From the NCBI GenBank assembly GCA_963741445.1, contig CAVUIE010000008.1, forward strand, positions 6,857 through 70,856: a stretch of DNA of 64,000 nucleotides, in the 5' to 3' direction. Within the stretch, counting starts at the first letter, position 1; every line of letters starts with the position of its first letter. The position numbers and the translations under genes were made by a program. This document shows positions 39,528 through 50,500 of the stretch, one piece after another. Below the pieces are notes generated by a model. The model was given only the letters and a program-made list of their open reading frames with translations. It was not told where the DNA came from and did not search any database. The DNA comes from an uncultured Chloroflexia bacterium. GTDB lineage: Bacteria > Chloroflexota > Limnocylindria > Limnocylindrales > CSP1-4.

Positions 39528-42500
39528 CCGACCACGATCGAGCCCGCGAACTGGCGGCGGCCGCCTTCGACTTCGAGCTGTCGGCAGACGATCGGGCCGA
39601 GCTGCGCGCCCACCTCGCCGGCTGCGCCCAGTGTCGCGCCTTCAACGAGGGGCTCGAGGCGGATGCCCGGGCCATCGCGGTGATGCCGGCCGCAGACGCG
39701 CCGGACGCCCTCCGCTCGCGGATCGTGGATGGCGAGCCCTCCCTCGGTGACACGCCGATCGCCGCGGCCGGGACGACGGCGCCCAGACGCCCCGCCCCGT
39801 TCGTGCCGATCCGCTACCGCCGGCCGGCCGCCCTCGTCGCGAGCGCCGCGGTCGTGGTGGCCCTCGTCGGCGGGATGCTCGTCTGGGGGTCGCAGCCGGG
39901 CGACGGCGGTGTCGCCGCCATCAGCCCATCACCCGACGCCCCCATCGCCTCGGGCTGGCGGTCGCTCGGCCCGGGCGCGTCACCAGGCGCATCCGGCGTG
40001 CCCGGCGGTCCAGGACCGGTCGAGGCCACTGGCGATTGGCACGCGGTCGCGGCGCTGGTCCCGGACGGCTCCGACACCGCGGCCGTCGATCTCGACGGCA
40101 GCTTCCGGCTCACCAGCCTCGACGGCACGCCGCCGGCTGAGCTCGCGGCCCGCATCCGCGTCGATCCGCCGGTCGCCCTCACCGTGACGCCCGAGCCGGA
40201 CGGCAACGGCGTCCGGCTGACACCGAGCGAGCCCCTGCTCCCGGGGACGGTCTATCGCTTCACGCTCGAGGGCCCGGACGGCGAGACCGTGGACTCGTGG
40301 GCCTTCCAGACGACCGCCCCGGTCAAGGTCGTCTCCACGCTGCCCGGAGGACCACGAGACCCAGGTCCCGCTGAAGACCGGCATCGAGGTCACGTTCGAC
40401 CAGGACGGCGTCACCGATGCGCGCCTCGCACGTGACGATCGAGCCGAAGACGGCGGGCCGGTTCGAGCAGCACGGCCGGGTCCTCGCCTTCGTCCCGGAC
40501 GCGCTCAAGCCGGGCACGATCTACACCGTCACGGTCGCGCGCGGCATCACCGCCGGGTCGGGCGGGAAGCCGATGGCGGACGACCTTCGCTTCCAGTTCG
40601 AGACCGACAAGAGCCGGATCGAGCGTGCCGGCACCGACCTCGAGTTCGCGGACGTCCTGCTTCGAATCGGGCACGACGCAGTCGACCGATCATCTCGATG
40701 TGGGCGAGCGCCGACGAGGACACGCCCCAGCCGAAGTCCGCCAAGCTGGACATCTATCGCCTCGGGTCCCTCGATGCCGCGATCGGCGCCTACCGACAGC
40801 TCCAGGCGTTCCCGGCGTGGGCGCAACTGGTCCAACGAGCACCCGATCGACACCGGCCCGCTGACGAAGGTCGTGACGCTCGATGCGCGGTTCGCCGACC
40901 GTCCGGACGGACTCGGTGCCTTGTGGACCGCCCTGCCGGAGCCGCTGCCGGCGGGCTGGTACGTCGTCGAGCACCCGTCGACGCCCTATCCCGATCCAGG
41001 CCATCCTCCAGGTGACCGACATCGCCTCGTACCTGCTGGTCACCGACACGAAGACCCTGCTCTGGGCGAACGACCTCGCCACGGGCGGCCCGCTCGCAGG
41101 GCGCCACGGTCGCGGTGGCCGGCGCCGGCTCCGATCTCGGGCCGACCGACGCCGATGGCGTCCTGACGGTCGCGACCCCGGCGAGCCTGCAGCCGCCGAC
41201 CGATCAGAGGCGGGTGCGGACTGGACTGCGTCCAGGTCATCAGCGTGACCAAGGGCGGCCGATCGTGCCTTCGTCCCCGCGTCCGACCCGCGCCCCGAAG
41301 GGCAAGGGTGGATACGACGGCCGGACCGGGCCACCAGTGGCTGACGTTCGCGACCGACCGGAGCCTCTACCGCCGCACGGACACGGTGAACCTGTGGGGG
41401 ATGATCCGCGACCGGACCACGGGCAAGGTTCCGGCTCGAGGCCTCGTGGTCCGGCTCCAGGCGATGGACGAGGACTTCGTCGCGACCGGGGCACCGATCT
41501 CGACCCTCAGCCTGGACCCCGGGTCGACCGGCACGTTCAGCGGCATCCGTCGACGCTCGACAGACGTCCCGGAGGGCTGGTACGAGCTCGAGCTGGTCGT
41601 CGGGACCGAGATCGTCCGGACCGTGCCGATTTCCAGGTCGACCGGATCCTCAAGCCGGCGTACCGCCTCGAGGTCGACGACCGGCCATCGCGCCTATGTC
41701 GTCGGCGAGCGGATCAAGGCCACGATCCAGGCATCGTTCTTCGAGGGCTCGCCGGTCCCCGGCGTGCCACTCCGGGTCGTCGCAGGGTGGCGACCGGTCG
41801 GTCACGACCGACAAGTCCGGCACGGCGGTCGTCCGCACCACAGCCCGGCTCGAAGAGCCGTCGAACACGGAGCGACCGCGAGGTCCAGTCCGTGTCCGTC
41901 TCGCCGCGGCGGGCGGAGGAAGGGCAGATCCAGGGCGCGTCGCGCGACTTCCTGGTGTTCCCCAGCAGCCGGACGATCACGGCCGAGTCGAGGATCGCGA
42001 CCGGTCGGGTCCGCGTCGCCGGCACGATCAACGCCCTCGATCGCGCTGGACTCGAGCGCGACCTGGCCGCCGGCGTGTCACCGTGGGAGGTCGATCCACG
42101 CGGCGCTCCGGTCGGCCGGAGCCAGCGTGACCGCGACGTTCATCGAGCTGATCCCGGTCAAGACGCGGATCGGCACCGACTACGACTTCATCGAGAAGCG
42201 GACCGTGCCCGGTCTACGAGTACTCGACGCGGCAGCGCAGCGCCGGATCGGTCCGGGTCCGGACGGACGCCAAGGGACGGTTCACGGCATCGGTCCCGGC
42301 CGGCAGCGGCCACCACGACTACAGCGTGATCGCTCCGTGTCGCCGATGCCGACGGCCACGTGACGGAGCTGGACGACCTATGCCAGCGACGTCACGGCGC
42401 CCGCGTACGACGGATCCCGCGAGCCGATCGCTGGTGCCGTCGACGGGCGTCGAGCCGACCGACGGGTACAGCGTCGGCACCCCGATCGACCTGACCCTGC

Positions 42501-44892
42501 GGGACCCGGCGCACCCGGCCGACGAGACGAGTCGGTACCTCTTCCACCTGACCCAGCTCGGGCTGCGCGACGTGGTCGTCCAGCGGTCGCCCCGGTTACG
42601 TCGGCGCATTCGAGTCCTGGGCGGTCCCGAACATGCTCGTCAGCGGCCGTCCGGTTCACCGGCACGGCGTACACCTCGGCCGACGTACTCGGCGTGGTTC
42701 CGGACGCAGGACCGCCGCATCGACGTCCAGCTGACGCTCGGACAAGGCACGCTACGCCCGCGCGACCAGGTGACGGTCACCGTGCGCACCACGAATGCGG
42801 CGGGCAAGCCGATCGCCGCGAGCGTCGTCCTCCGGGCGATCGACGAGAAGCTGTTCGTCCTCGGCGGCGCCCAGCTCGACGACCCGCTGATCGATATCTA
42901 CACCTCGCCTCGACTCGGGCATCATCAGCAGCTACACCTCGCATCGCGGGCCTCCGGTCGAAGGCGGCGGTGGCGGCGACACGACCGGCGGCGGCGGGGA
43001 CGACTTCGCCGGGACCAGTTCCGCGACAGCCTGCTGTTCAGGACCGTCGATCACCGGCGCGGACGGCCGAGCCTCGGCGTCGTTCCGCCTCTCGGACGAT
43101 CTCACGTCCTGGCGGATCCTCGGGTCGGCGTTCAGCGCCGACGTCAAGGCCGGGACCGGGTCGACCGAGGTCGCCGTCGGGCTGCCGTTCTTCGTCGATG
43201 CCTCGATCGCGCCGGAGTATCTCGTCACCGACCGCCCGACGATCGTCGCGCGCGCATACGGGACCGCGCTCCCGCCGGCGCGCCAGGTGAAGATCTCCGC
43301 GATCTCGCAGAGCCTCGGGCTCAAGGGCGACCCATCACGGCCGCCGCCTTCGCCGACGTCCCGATCCGGCTCCCGGCGCTGACGCTCGGCCGCACTCGGT
43401 GACGATCATCGCGACCTACGGGAGCGGTGCGTCCGCCCGCACGGACCGGCTGGTCCGCACGTTCACGCGTCGTGCGGTCGCGCCTCGCCACGACCAGGAC
43501 GTCCTACGTCGACCTGACCGGGACGGTCCACCCCGACGGCGGCACCGGGCGGACGCGGGTGGTCGTCGCCGACCGCTCCGCCGGTCGATACCTGCCGCTG
43601 CTGACCGAGCTGGCCGCCGGCGACGGCGTCCGCCTCGAGCGCGCATTCGCGGCCGCGGCCGCGAGGGACCTGCTGACCGGCCGATACGGCGAGTCGGAGG
43701 CCGAGTCCCGGCCGGCGACTTCACGGGCGCCCGCTACCAGCAGGAGGACGGCGGCATCTCGCTCGTCCCGGCTGGCAGCAGCGACCTCCAGGTCTCGGCG
43801 CTCGTCGCGCTCACCGACCCGGATGCGTTCTCCAAGTCGATGCTCACCGGCGTACTTCGCGGCCATCCGGCCGACCCGAAGGCCACCCGCGAGCGTCAGG
43901 TCTACGCGTTGGCCGGACTGGCGGGCCTCCACGCCGACGGTCCTGCCCCAGATCCGGGCGGCGGCGGCCGACGACGGCCTGACCATCCGCGAACGGCTGA
44001 TGCTCGGCCTGGGCGCGGCCGCCCTGGGCGACGCGAAGACCGCCCGGACCATCGCCGACTCGCTGATCTCCGGCTACGGCGAGGCAGCAAGGCGGATGGG
44101 CCCGGCTGCGGGTCGGCACGACCGTCGCCGACGGCGTCGAGGGCACCGCGCTGATGGCCATCCTGGCGGCGGCCACGGGCGAGCCGCTCGCCCCGGCGTT
44201 CTGGGCCTACGTCGAGGCGAACCCGATGCCCGACCTGGTGGTGGACCTCCACGCGATCGCATACGTCGAACGACTCCTCGAACGTCTGCCGCCGCGGGCC
44301 GCCAGCTTCGCCTACACGGTCGGACGGGACGCGCACGGTCGTCGACCTCAAGCCGGGCGAGACGTTCTCGATGGTCGTCACCGCACCGCAGCTGACGTCC
44401 CTCGCCATCGAGCGCCTGGCCGGGTCGATCGGCGTGACCACGGACTGGCGCGAGCCGGTCAAGGCCTCCACCATCGAGCGCGATCCCGGACATCACCGTC
44501 ACCCGCTCGGCGCGCCCGAGCGGCGCGTCGGGTCGGGTGACCTCGTCATCGTGAGCCTCAAGGTCCGGTTCGGGACCGCAGGCACCGCTCGGCTGCCACC
44601 TCGTCACCGAGCTCGTGCCGTCGGGCCTGGTCGCGGTCGGCGAGCATCGAGGGCGTCGCGTACGGACGACAGCGAGGAGCCGCCGGCGGGCTTCACGTTC
44701 CCGTTCGACCAGACCGCGCAGCGCGTGTCGTTCTGCGCCGACAACGAGACCAAGGACCACGTCGCCGACCTGCGCTACGTGGCCCGGGTCGTCACGCCGG
44801 GCACCTACACGTGGGAGCCGGCGGTCGTGGAGTCGCGGACGAGCACGAACCACGCCGCGCTGACCGGCTCGGACACGGTCACGATCCGCTGA
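39524..44892 (+). CDS. zf-HC2 anti-sigma factor fused through one TM helix to a Big_5/alpha-2-macroglobulin-like ectodomain (about 1,790 aa; many frame changes after 40330)
   Basis: N-terminal text MTDHDRARELAAAAFDFELSADDRAELRAHLAGCAQCRAF (H-x3-C-x2-C), then the TM helix AALVASAAVVVALVGGMLVWG. In the same uninterrupted frame comes VRLTPSEPLLPGTVYRFTLEG (Ig-like). A2M-family blocks then follow in changing frames:
- ILQVTDIASYLLVTDTKTLLWANDLATGGPLAG
- WLTFATDRSLYRRTDTVNLWGMIRD
- FQVDRILKPAYRLEV
- LRPRDQVTVTVRTTNAAGKPIAASVVLRAIDEKLFVL
- LSDDLTSWRILGSAFSADVKAGTGSTEVAVGLPFFVD
- a helical TED-like region
- final text VARVVTPGTYTWEPAVVESR, stop at 44892. Confidence 0.75.
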
Positions 44893-44902
44893 CCCGCCGG
44901 GC

Positions 44903-45744
44903 CTATCCCTCGGCGGGCGGCGTCGGGGTCGGGGTGGGCGTCGGCGTCGGTGTCGGGGTCGGGGTGGGTCGGCGTCGGGGCCGGCCACTCCTGCTGGCGC
45001 CACAGGTACTCGCGCAGCGTGAGCCCGCTGGCGCGGACCTTCGCGGCGACGTCCCGCCCGACGTAGCGGTAGTGCCACGGCTCGTACATGTAGCAGGTGA
45101 CGGCGTGGTCTTGCCCTTCGGGTAGCTCATGATGAAGCCGTACTTCCAGGCGTTCGCCGCCAGCCACTTGCCCTGCTTGCTGATGCCCCCAGTCCGTCCA
45201 GTCCCACGGGATCGAGCCGCCGTAGGCGCGGAAGTCGATCGAGGTGCCCGAGCTGGTGCTCGCTGTGCCCCGCCCGGGCGCTCTCCTTGAGCGCGTACGC
45301 GTAGCCGTGGACGCGGACCCAGTAGGCGAAGGTCGACTTCTGGGTGGCGTAGCTCCGGTAGCCGGACTGGACGACGAGCCGCGCGCCGGCGGCCCGTGCC
45401 GCCGTCGCCAGTGGCGGCCAGGTCCGGCGATCACGAAGCCGCCGGACGTACTGGCCGCTGTTGAGCCCGGCCGTCGAGGTGTTCTGGAGGTCCGTCGGGA
45501 CATAGCCCGACCCCAGCCGGAGCGCGGAGTCGAGGATCGTCCGCTGCCACTGCGCCGAGCGAGCGCTGCTTCGGTGAGCGTGTCGGCGACCTTGCAGGCG
45601 GGCAGCTTCGGGTGCCGCCGCGGCGCGTGGTCGGCGAGCCCGGTCGCGAGCGCCACGACGATCGCGAGGGCGATCAGCGACGCAGCGGACGAGCGGCCAC
45701 GGGAGCGGGCGCGAGGCCCGGCGATGGTCGGCAGGAAGCGGCAT
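44903..45744 (-). CDS. M15B (VanY-like) D-alanyl-D-alanine carboxypeptidase with TM anchor and C-terminal (PT)n tail (frame-disrupted)
   Basis: Motifs VVQSGYRSYATQ, GHSEHQLGTSIDF, FIMSYPKGK and CYMYEPWHYRYVGRDVAAKV are spread over three frames. The TM text is AASLIALAIVVALATGL. The tail PTPTPTPTPTPTPTPPAEG ends at 44903. Confidence 0.7.
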
Positions 45745-45828
45745 GACGCGGGAATCGTACGACGGGGCGCCCGCGTCGGCCACTCCCCCGAACGTACCGG
45801 CGGGCGTCGGCGGTCGCGTGCGGAGCGC

Positions 45829-47412
45829 CTACGGCGCCGCGCTGGGGCTCGGTCCGCTCGGGCGTCGGGGTCGGCGTCGGGGTCGCCGTGGGCTTCGCGG
45901 TGGGCTTCTTCGTGGGCTTCGGGGTCGGCTTCGGCCGCGGGGTCGTCGCGGGTACCGCAGCCGCTCACGCCGCTGCCGCTCGGCCGCCTTCGTCGCCCCT
46001 TCGGGACCGCGTAGGTCTTCTTCGGGCAGCGAGCCGTCGGTCGGGAAGAGGTCGTCCGCGAGCGCACGGATCTTCTTGAGGTTCGGGATCTGGATCGAGC
46101 CGCGCGCGTCGTTCCCGGAGCCGACCAGCGGGTGGCTGATCACCGCCCGGTAGGTCCCGTCGCGGCCGATCTTCGCGGCCGCGTCGGCCAGGTCGGGAAG
46201 CAGCTTGCGGGGGACGTTGGTCGTGACCGTCTTGCCGACCGCCTTGAGCAGCCCGATCGGGTCGTTGAGGAAGCCGCCCTTGACCACGCGGTCGCGGATG
46301 CCGGACAGGACCTCCTGCTGGCGGGCGGCCCGGGTGAAGTCGCTCTCGCCGGCGGCCTTGCGGACGCGCGCGTACGCGAGGGCCTGGTTCCCGGTGAGAT
46401 GGTGCTTGCCGGCGGTGATCGAGAACCCGCGCGTGAACCCGTATTCGTCGTAGCGCGGGTCGCAGAAGGCGCGGGCGACGTTCACGTCCACGCCGCCAAG
46501 GGTGTTGACGACCTGCACGAAGCCACCGAGGGTGACCGCTGCGTAGTAGTCGACCTTGACGCCGAGCAGCTTGCCGAGCGCGCCCATCAGGACGTCGAAC
46601 CCGGACCCGTCGTTATTGGGGAACTGCTTCGGGTGGTGGCGGACGTACGAGACCAGCCCGTTGATCTTGCCGCGGTACTTGCGGCCGTCCGCGAGCGGCA
46701 CGTCGACCATGTCGCGCGGCACCGACACCATCGAGACGGTCTCGGTCGCCGGGTCCATCGAGACCACGATCATCGTGTCGGTGCGGTAGGTGTTGCGACC
46801 CACACCGGCATCGACCCCGACGATGACGCCGGTCAGGCGAGGGTCCACCGGGACGGGCGTCGGCGAGGGCGACGCGCTGGGCAGGCCGGACGGCGAGGGC
46901 GCGGCGGGGATCAGGTTGCTCGGGTCGGGCTCCGGCTCCTGCGACGGCAGGATCGCGGTGGGCGATGGCTCGACGAAGACCTCGTCGGCGGTCTCGCGCG
47001 CGACCTCGGTCGCGTAGCCCGCATAGGCCTGCGGCACGATGATCACGAGCAGGAGCAGGATGACCGGCAGAACGTCGCCCTTGCCCATCCGCGGCAGGCC
47101 GGAGGCGAACAGGCTGGACCCGACCGCCAGGAGGCGCCACACGAGCAGCCCGCCCTGGAAGGCCAGCAGGCCCCAGATGACCTCCGACTCGAGGAGCGTG
47201 GCCACGAGTCGCGGGCCGGAGGTCGTCAGCACGATGTAGACGACGGCGAGCAGCGCCAGGATCGTCGGGGTCAGGAAGATCACGCCGAGCAGCCGCCGGC
47301 CGGCCACGACGTGGCCGAGGCCGGGGACGATGGCGTCGAGGATGGCGGGGACGTAGCGCGAGCGGCGGCTCGGCGTGGCGGACACAACAGTGTCCGCGGC
47401 GTCGTCTGTCAC
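45829..47412 (-). CDS. LCP (LytR-CpsA-Psr) family cell-wall glycopolymer transferase
   Basis: The 527-aa ORF is in one frame. It has three or four N-terminal TM helices and the LCP core TDTMIVVSMDPATETVSMVSVPRDMVDVPL...GNQALAYARVRK. The basic low-complexity C-terminal tail may actually be a PKPT-type linker in another frame. Confidence 0.85.
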   Translation of the reverse strand: MTDDAADTVVSATPSRRSRYVPAILDAIVPGLGHVVAGRRLLGVIFLTPTILALLAVVYIVLTTSGPRLVATLLESEVIWGLLAFQGGLLVWRLLAVGSSLFASGLPRMGKGDVLPVILLLLVIIVPQAYAGYATEVARETADEVFVEPSPTAILPSQEPEPDPSNLIPAAPSPSGLPSASPSPTPVPVDPRLTGVIVGVDAGVGRNTYRTDTMIVVSMDPATETVSMVSVPRDMVDVPLADGRKYRGKINGLVSYVRHHPKQFPNNDGSGFDVLMGALGKLLGVKVDYYAAVTLGGFVQVVNTLGGVDVNVARAFCDPRYDEYGFTRGFSITAGKHHLTGNQALAYARVRKAAGESDFTRAARQQEVLSGIRDRVVKGGFLNDPIGLLKAVGKTVTTNVPRKLLPDLADAAAKIGRDGTYRAVISHPLVGSGNDARGSIQIPNLKKIRALADDLFPTDGSLPEEDLRGPEGATKAAERQRRERLRYPRRPRGRSRPRSPRRSPPRSPRRPRRRPRRPSGPSPSAAP

Positions 47413-47556
47413 CGGCGCAGGGTAGCAGCGTTCGCTCGGACAGGCGCCGGGGACTCCGACTGGTCGCTACGCACACCTAGTACGGTCGGGCGGGGCGCCG
47501 ACCCCGTCCGGGTGCGGTACTGTGCGGTCCGACGGGGGTTGGACACATCTTCATCG

Positions 47557-50500
47557 ATGCCGCCTCCAGAGGGAACCTTGACCTCACGAGCCAGACCCGC
47601 GTCCCACCGGTTCATGGTGTTCTGTCAGGTCATCGCGGTGATCTCGTGGCTCGCGAGCCCGGTCGCCGGGCTTGCCGCAAGCCCCGTCGCCACCCCCGAC
47701 CCGTCGCCGACTGCGACCCAGCCTGCCGCCGAACCGACCGCCGAGCCCGACCCCTGAGCCCACCGCCGAGCCCACGCCGAGCCGACCGCCGAGCCGACCG
47801 CCGAGCCCACCGCCGAGCCGACCGCCGAGCCCACGCGCCGAGCCGAGCGCCGAGCCGACGCGCCGAGCCCACCGCCGAGCCCGACCGCCGAGCCGACCCC
47901 TGCGGCGACGCCCGCCCCGGCCACCGACACCTTCATCGTCACCTTCGCCCCGGGCACCTCCGCCGCCGCGCAGGCCGCCAGTCCTCGCCGCCGCCGGCGC
48001 CGACGTCGTCGACTCCATCCCGGTCCTGCGCATGCACGTCGTCGAGGTCGCCCGCGGCTCCGACACGGTCGCCGACCCTCCGCGCCGACGGCAACGTCTC
48101 GCGCGTCGACCCCGACCGCGTCCGCGACGCCGAGGCCGACCCCCGACGACCCGCGCTACGACGACCAGTGGTCGCTGCCACGCATCGGCTGGGACCAGGT
48201 CTACGGCACGCGTCGACCCGCCGGCACCGCGGTCGTCGCCGTCCTCGACACCGGCGTCGACGGCGGCCACCCCGACCTCGCCGGCCAGCTCGTGGCCGGC
48301 ACCACGCATCCTCGACGGCTCGGCCGGCACGACCGACCCCAACGGCCACGGCACCGCCATGGCCGGCATCATCGCCGCCGCGACCGACAACGGCACGCGG
48401 CATCGCCGGCATCGGCTACGCGGGCGTCAAGGTCATGCCGGTCACCGTCCTCGAGCGCGACCGGCCACGGCCAGGACAGCGACATCATCGAGGGCATCGT
48501 CTGGGCCGTCGAGCCACGGCGCCGACGTCATCAACATGTCCTTCAGCAACCCCGGCTACTCGCCCGGCCCTCCAGGCCGCGATCGACTACGCCTGGGCCA
48601 ACGACGTCGTCGTCGTCGCCGCGACCGGCAACGACGGCTCGCAGCACCGCCACCTTCCCGGCCGGCGACCGCGGCGTCATCGGCGTCTCCAACACCGACC
48701 AGTCCGACGCCCTCGACCGCGTCGTCCAACTACGGCGACGACGTCTTCCTCGGCGCCCCCGGCACCGACATCGTCACGCTCGCTCGCCGGCGGCGGCACC
48801 ACCAGCGTCACCGGCACCTCGGCCTCCTCGGCCGCGGTCGCCGCTGCGGCCGCCCTGCTGCGCGCCATCGACCCGGCCGCCTCCAACGGCGTCATCGTCT
48901 ACCGCCTCGCGCGCCACCGCCGACGCGGCCGGCACCGTGGCCGAGACCGGCAACGGCCGGCTCAACCTGGCGCGCGCCATCGCCGACACCGGGACCGACT
49001 TCGTCCAGCCCGCCGGCGCCACGCCGGTCGGCAGCGGCGGCCCGTTCGTCGGGCCGTACCAGATCGCCACGGCGACGGTGAACGCGACCTCGAGCCTGAA
49101 CGGCTCGGTCGGCACGATCTCGGTCGCACCCGGTGCCACGATCTTGCTGGTCATGAGCGTGACGACGACGGGGGTCGGAACGGCCAACGACTGGGACTCC
49201 TCCCGCTGGGCGCTCGCGACGTCCCCGCCTGGGGCCGCGGCGATGACCTGCGTCAACCACGCGGACCATGACGGTCCCGGCACCTTCCTCGAGATCATCC
49301 CCATCACGGCGCCGGCCGCCGCCGGAACCTACAACCTGTACCTGTACGCGTACAACGGGAGCGATTGCGCGACCGGCCAGAGCGTCCTCTTCACCCGCGC
49401 GAACGCCCTCGATAACCTCGCACCAACGGCCACGATCGATCTGCGAGCAGCCTCCGATACCGGCGCATCGAATTCGGACGACCTCACCAACGCCGCAAGC
49501 CCCATCTTCGACGTGACCTTCAGCGAGACGGTGGCCGGGCTGGCCGCGGGCGACTTCTCCAACGTCGGAACGGCCACCGGCTGCGTCTTCGGCGCCCCGA
49601 CCGGCGCGGCCGCCGCATACAACGTCACGGTCACCGGCTGTTCGGCGGGCACCCTGATCGTGCGCCTCGCCGCCAGCGCGGTCCTCGACCCCGCCGGCAA
49701 CGGCAACGCCGTCACGAACGGGCCGACCGTCACGATCGATCGGACCGGGCCGAGCGTCACGATCAACCAGGCGGCGGCGCAGGCCGATCCGACGAACGCG
49801 AGCCCGATCAACTACACGGTCGTGTTCAGCGAGCCGGTCACCGGCTTCATCACCGGCGACGTGACCTTCGCCGGCACCGCGGGCGGCGGCAAGACCGGGA
49901 CCGTGACCGGCGGCCCGACCACGTACAACGTGGCGGTCACCGGGATGACCACCTCGGGCACCGTCATCGCCACCATCGTGGCGGCGCGGGCGACCGACCT
50001 CGCCGGCAACAACAACGCCGCCTCCACCTCGACCGACAACACGGTGACCTGGGACGTGACCGCGCCGACGGTCACGATCAACCAGGCGGCGGGCCAGGCC
50101 GACCCGACCAACGCCAGCCCGATCAACTTCACGGTCGTGTTCAGCGAGGCGGTCACCGGCTTCGCCACCGGCGACGTGACCGTCGGCGGAACCTCCGGCG
50201 GGGTCAAGACCGGGACGGTCACCGGCGGCCCGACCACCTACAACGTGGCGGTCACGCGGGATGACCGGCATCGGGCACGGTGATCGCCACCATCGCCGCC
50301 GGGGTGGCCGTCGACGGCGCCGGCAACAACAACGCCGCCTCCACGTCGACCGACAACACGGTGACGTGGGACGTGACCGCCCCGACCGTCACGATCAACC
50401 AGGCGGCCGCGCAGGCTGATCCGACCAACGCGGCGACCATCAACTTCACGGTCGTGTTCAGCGAGATCGGTCACCGACTTCGCCACCGGCGACGTGTCCT

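Noticed and set aside
43400-43900. Thioester (CxEQ) site in the A2M-like ectodomain.
   Set aside because: No C-x-E-Q was found by eye in any forward frame of the region preceding the helical TED-like domain. I therefore do not call it a thioester-containing A2M; indel noise could hide the motif.
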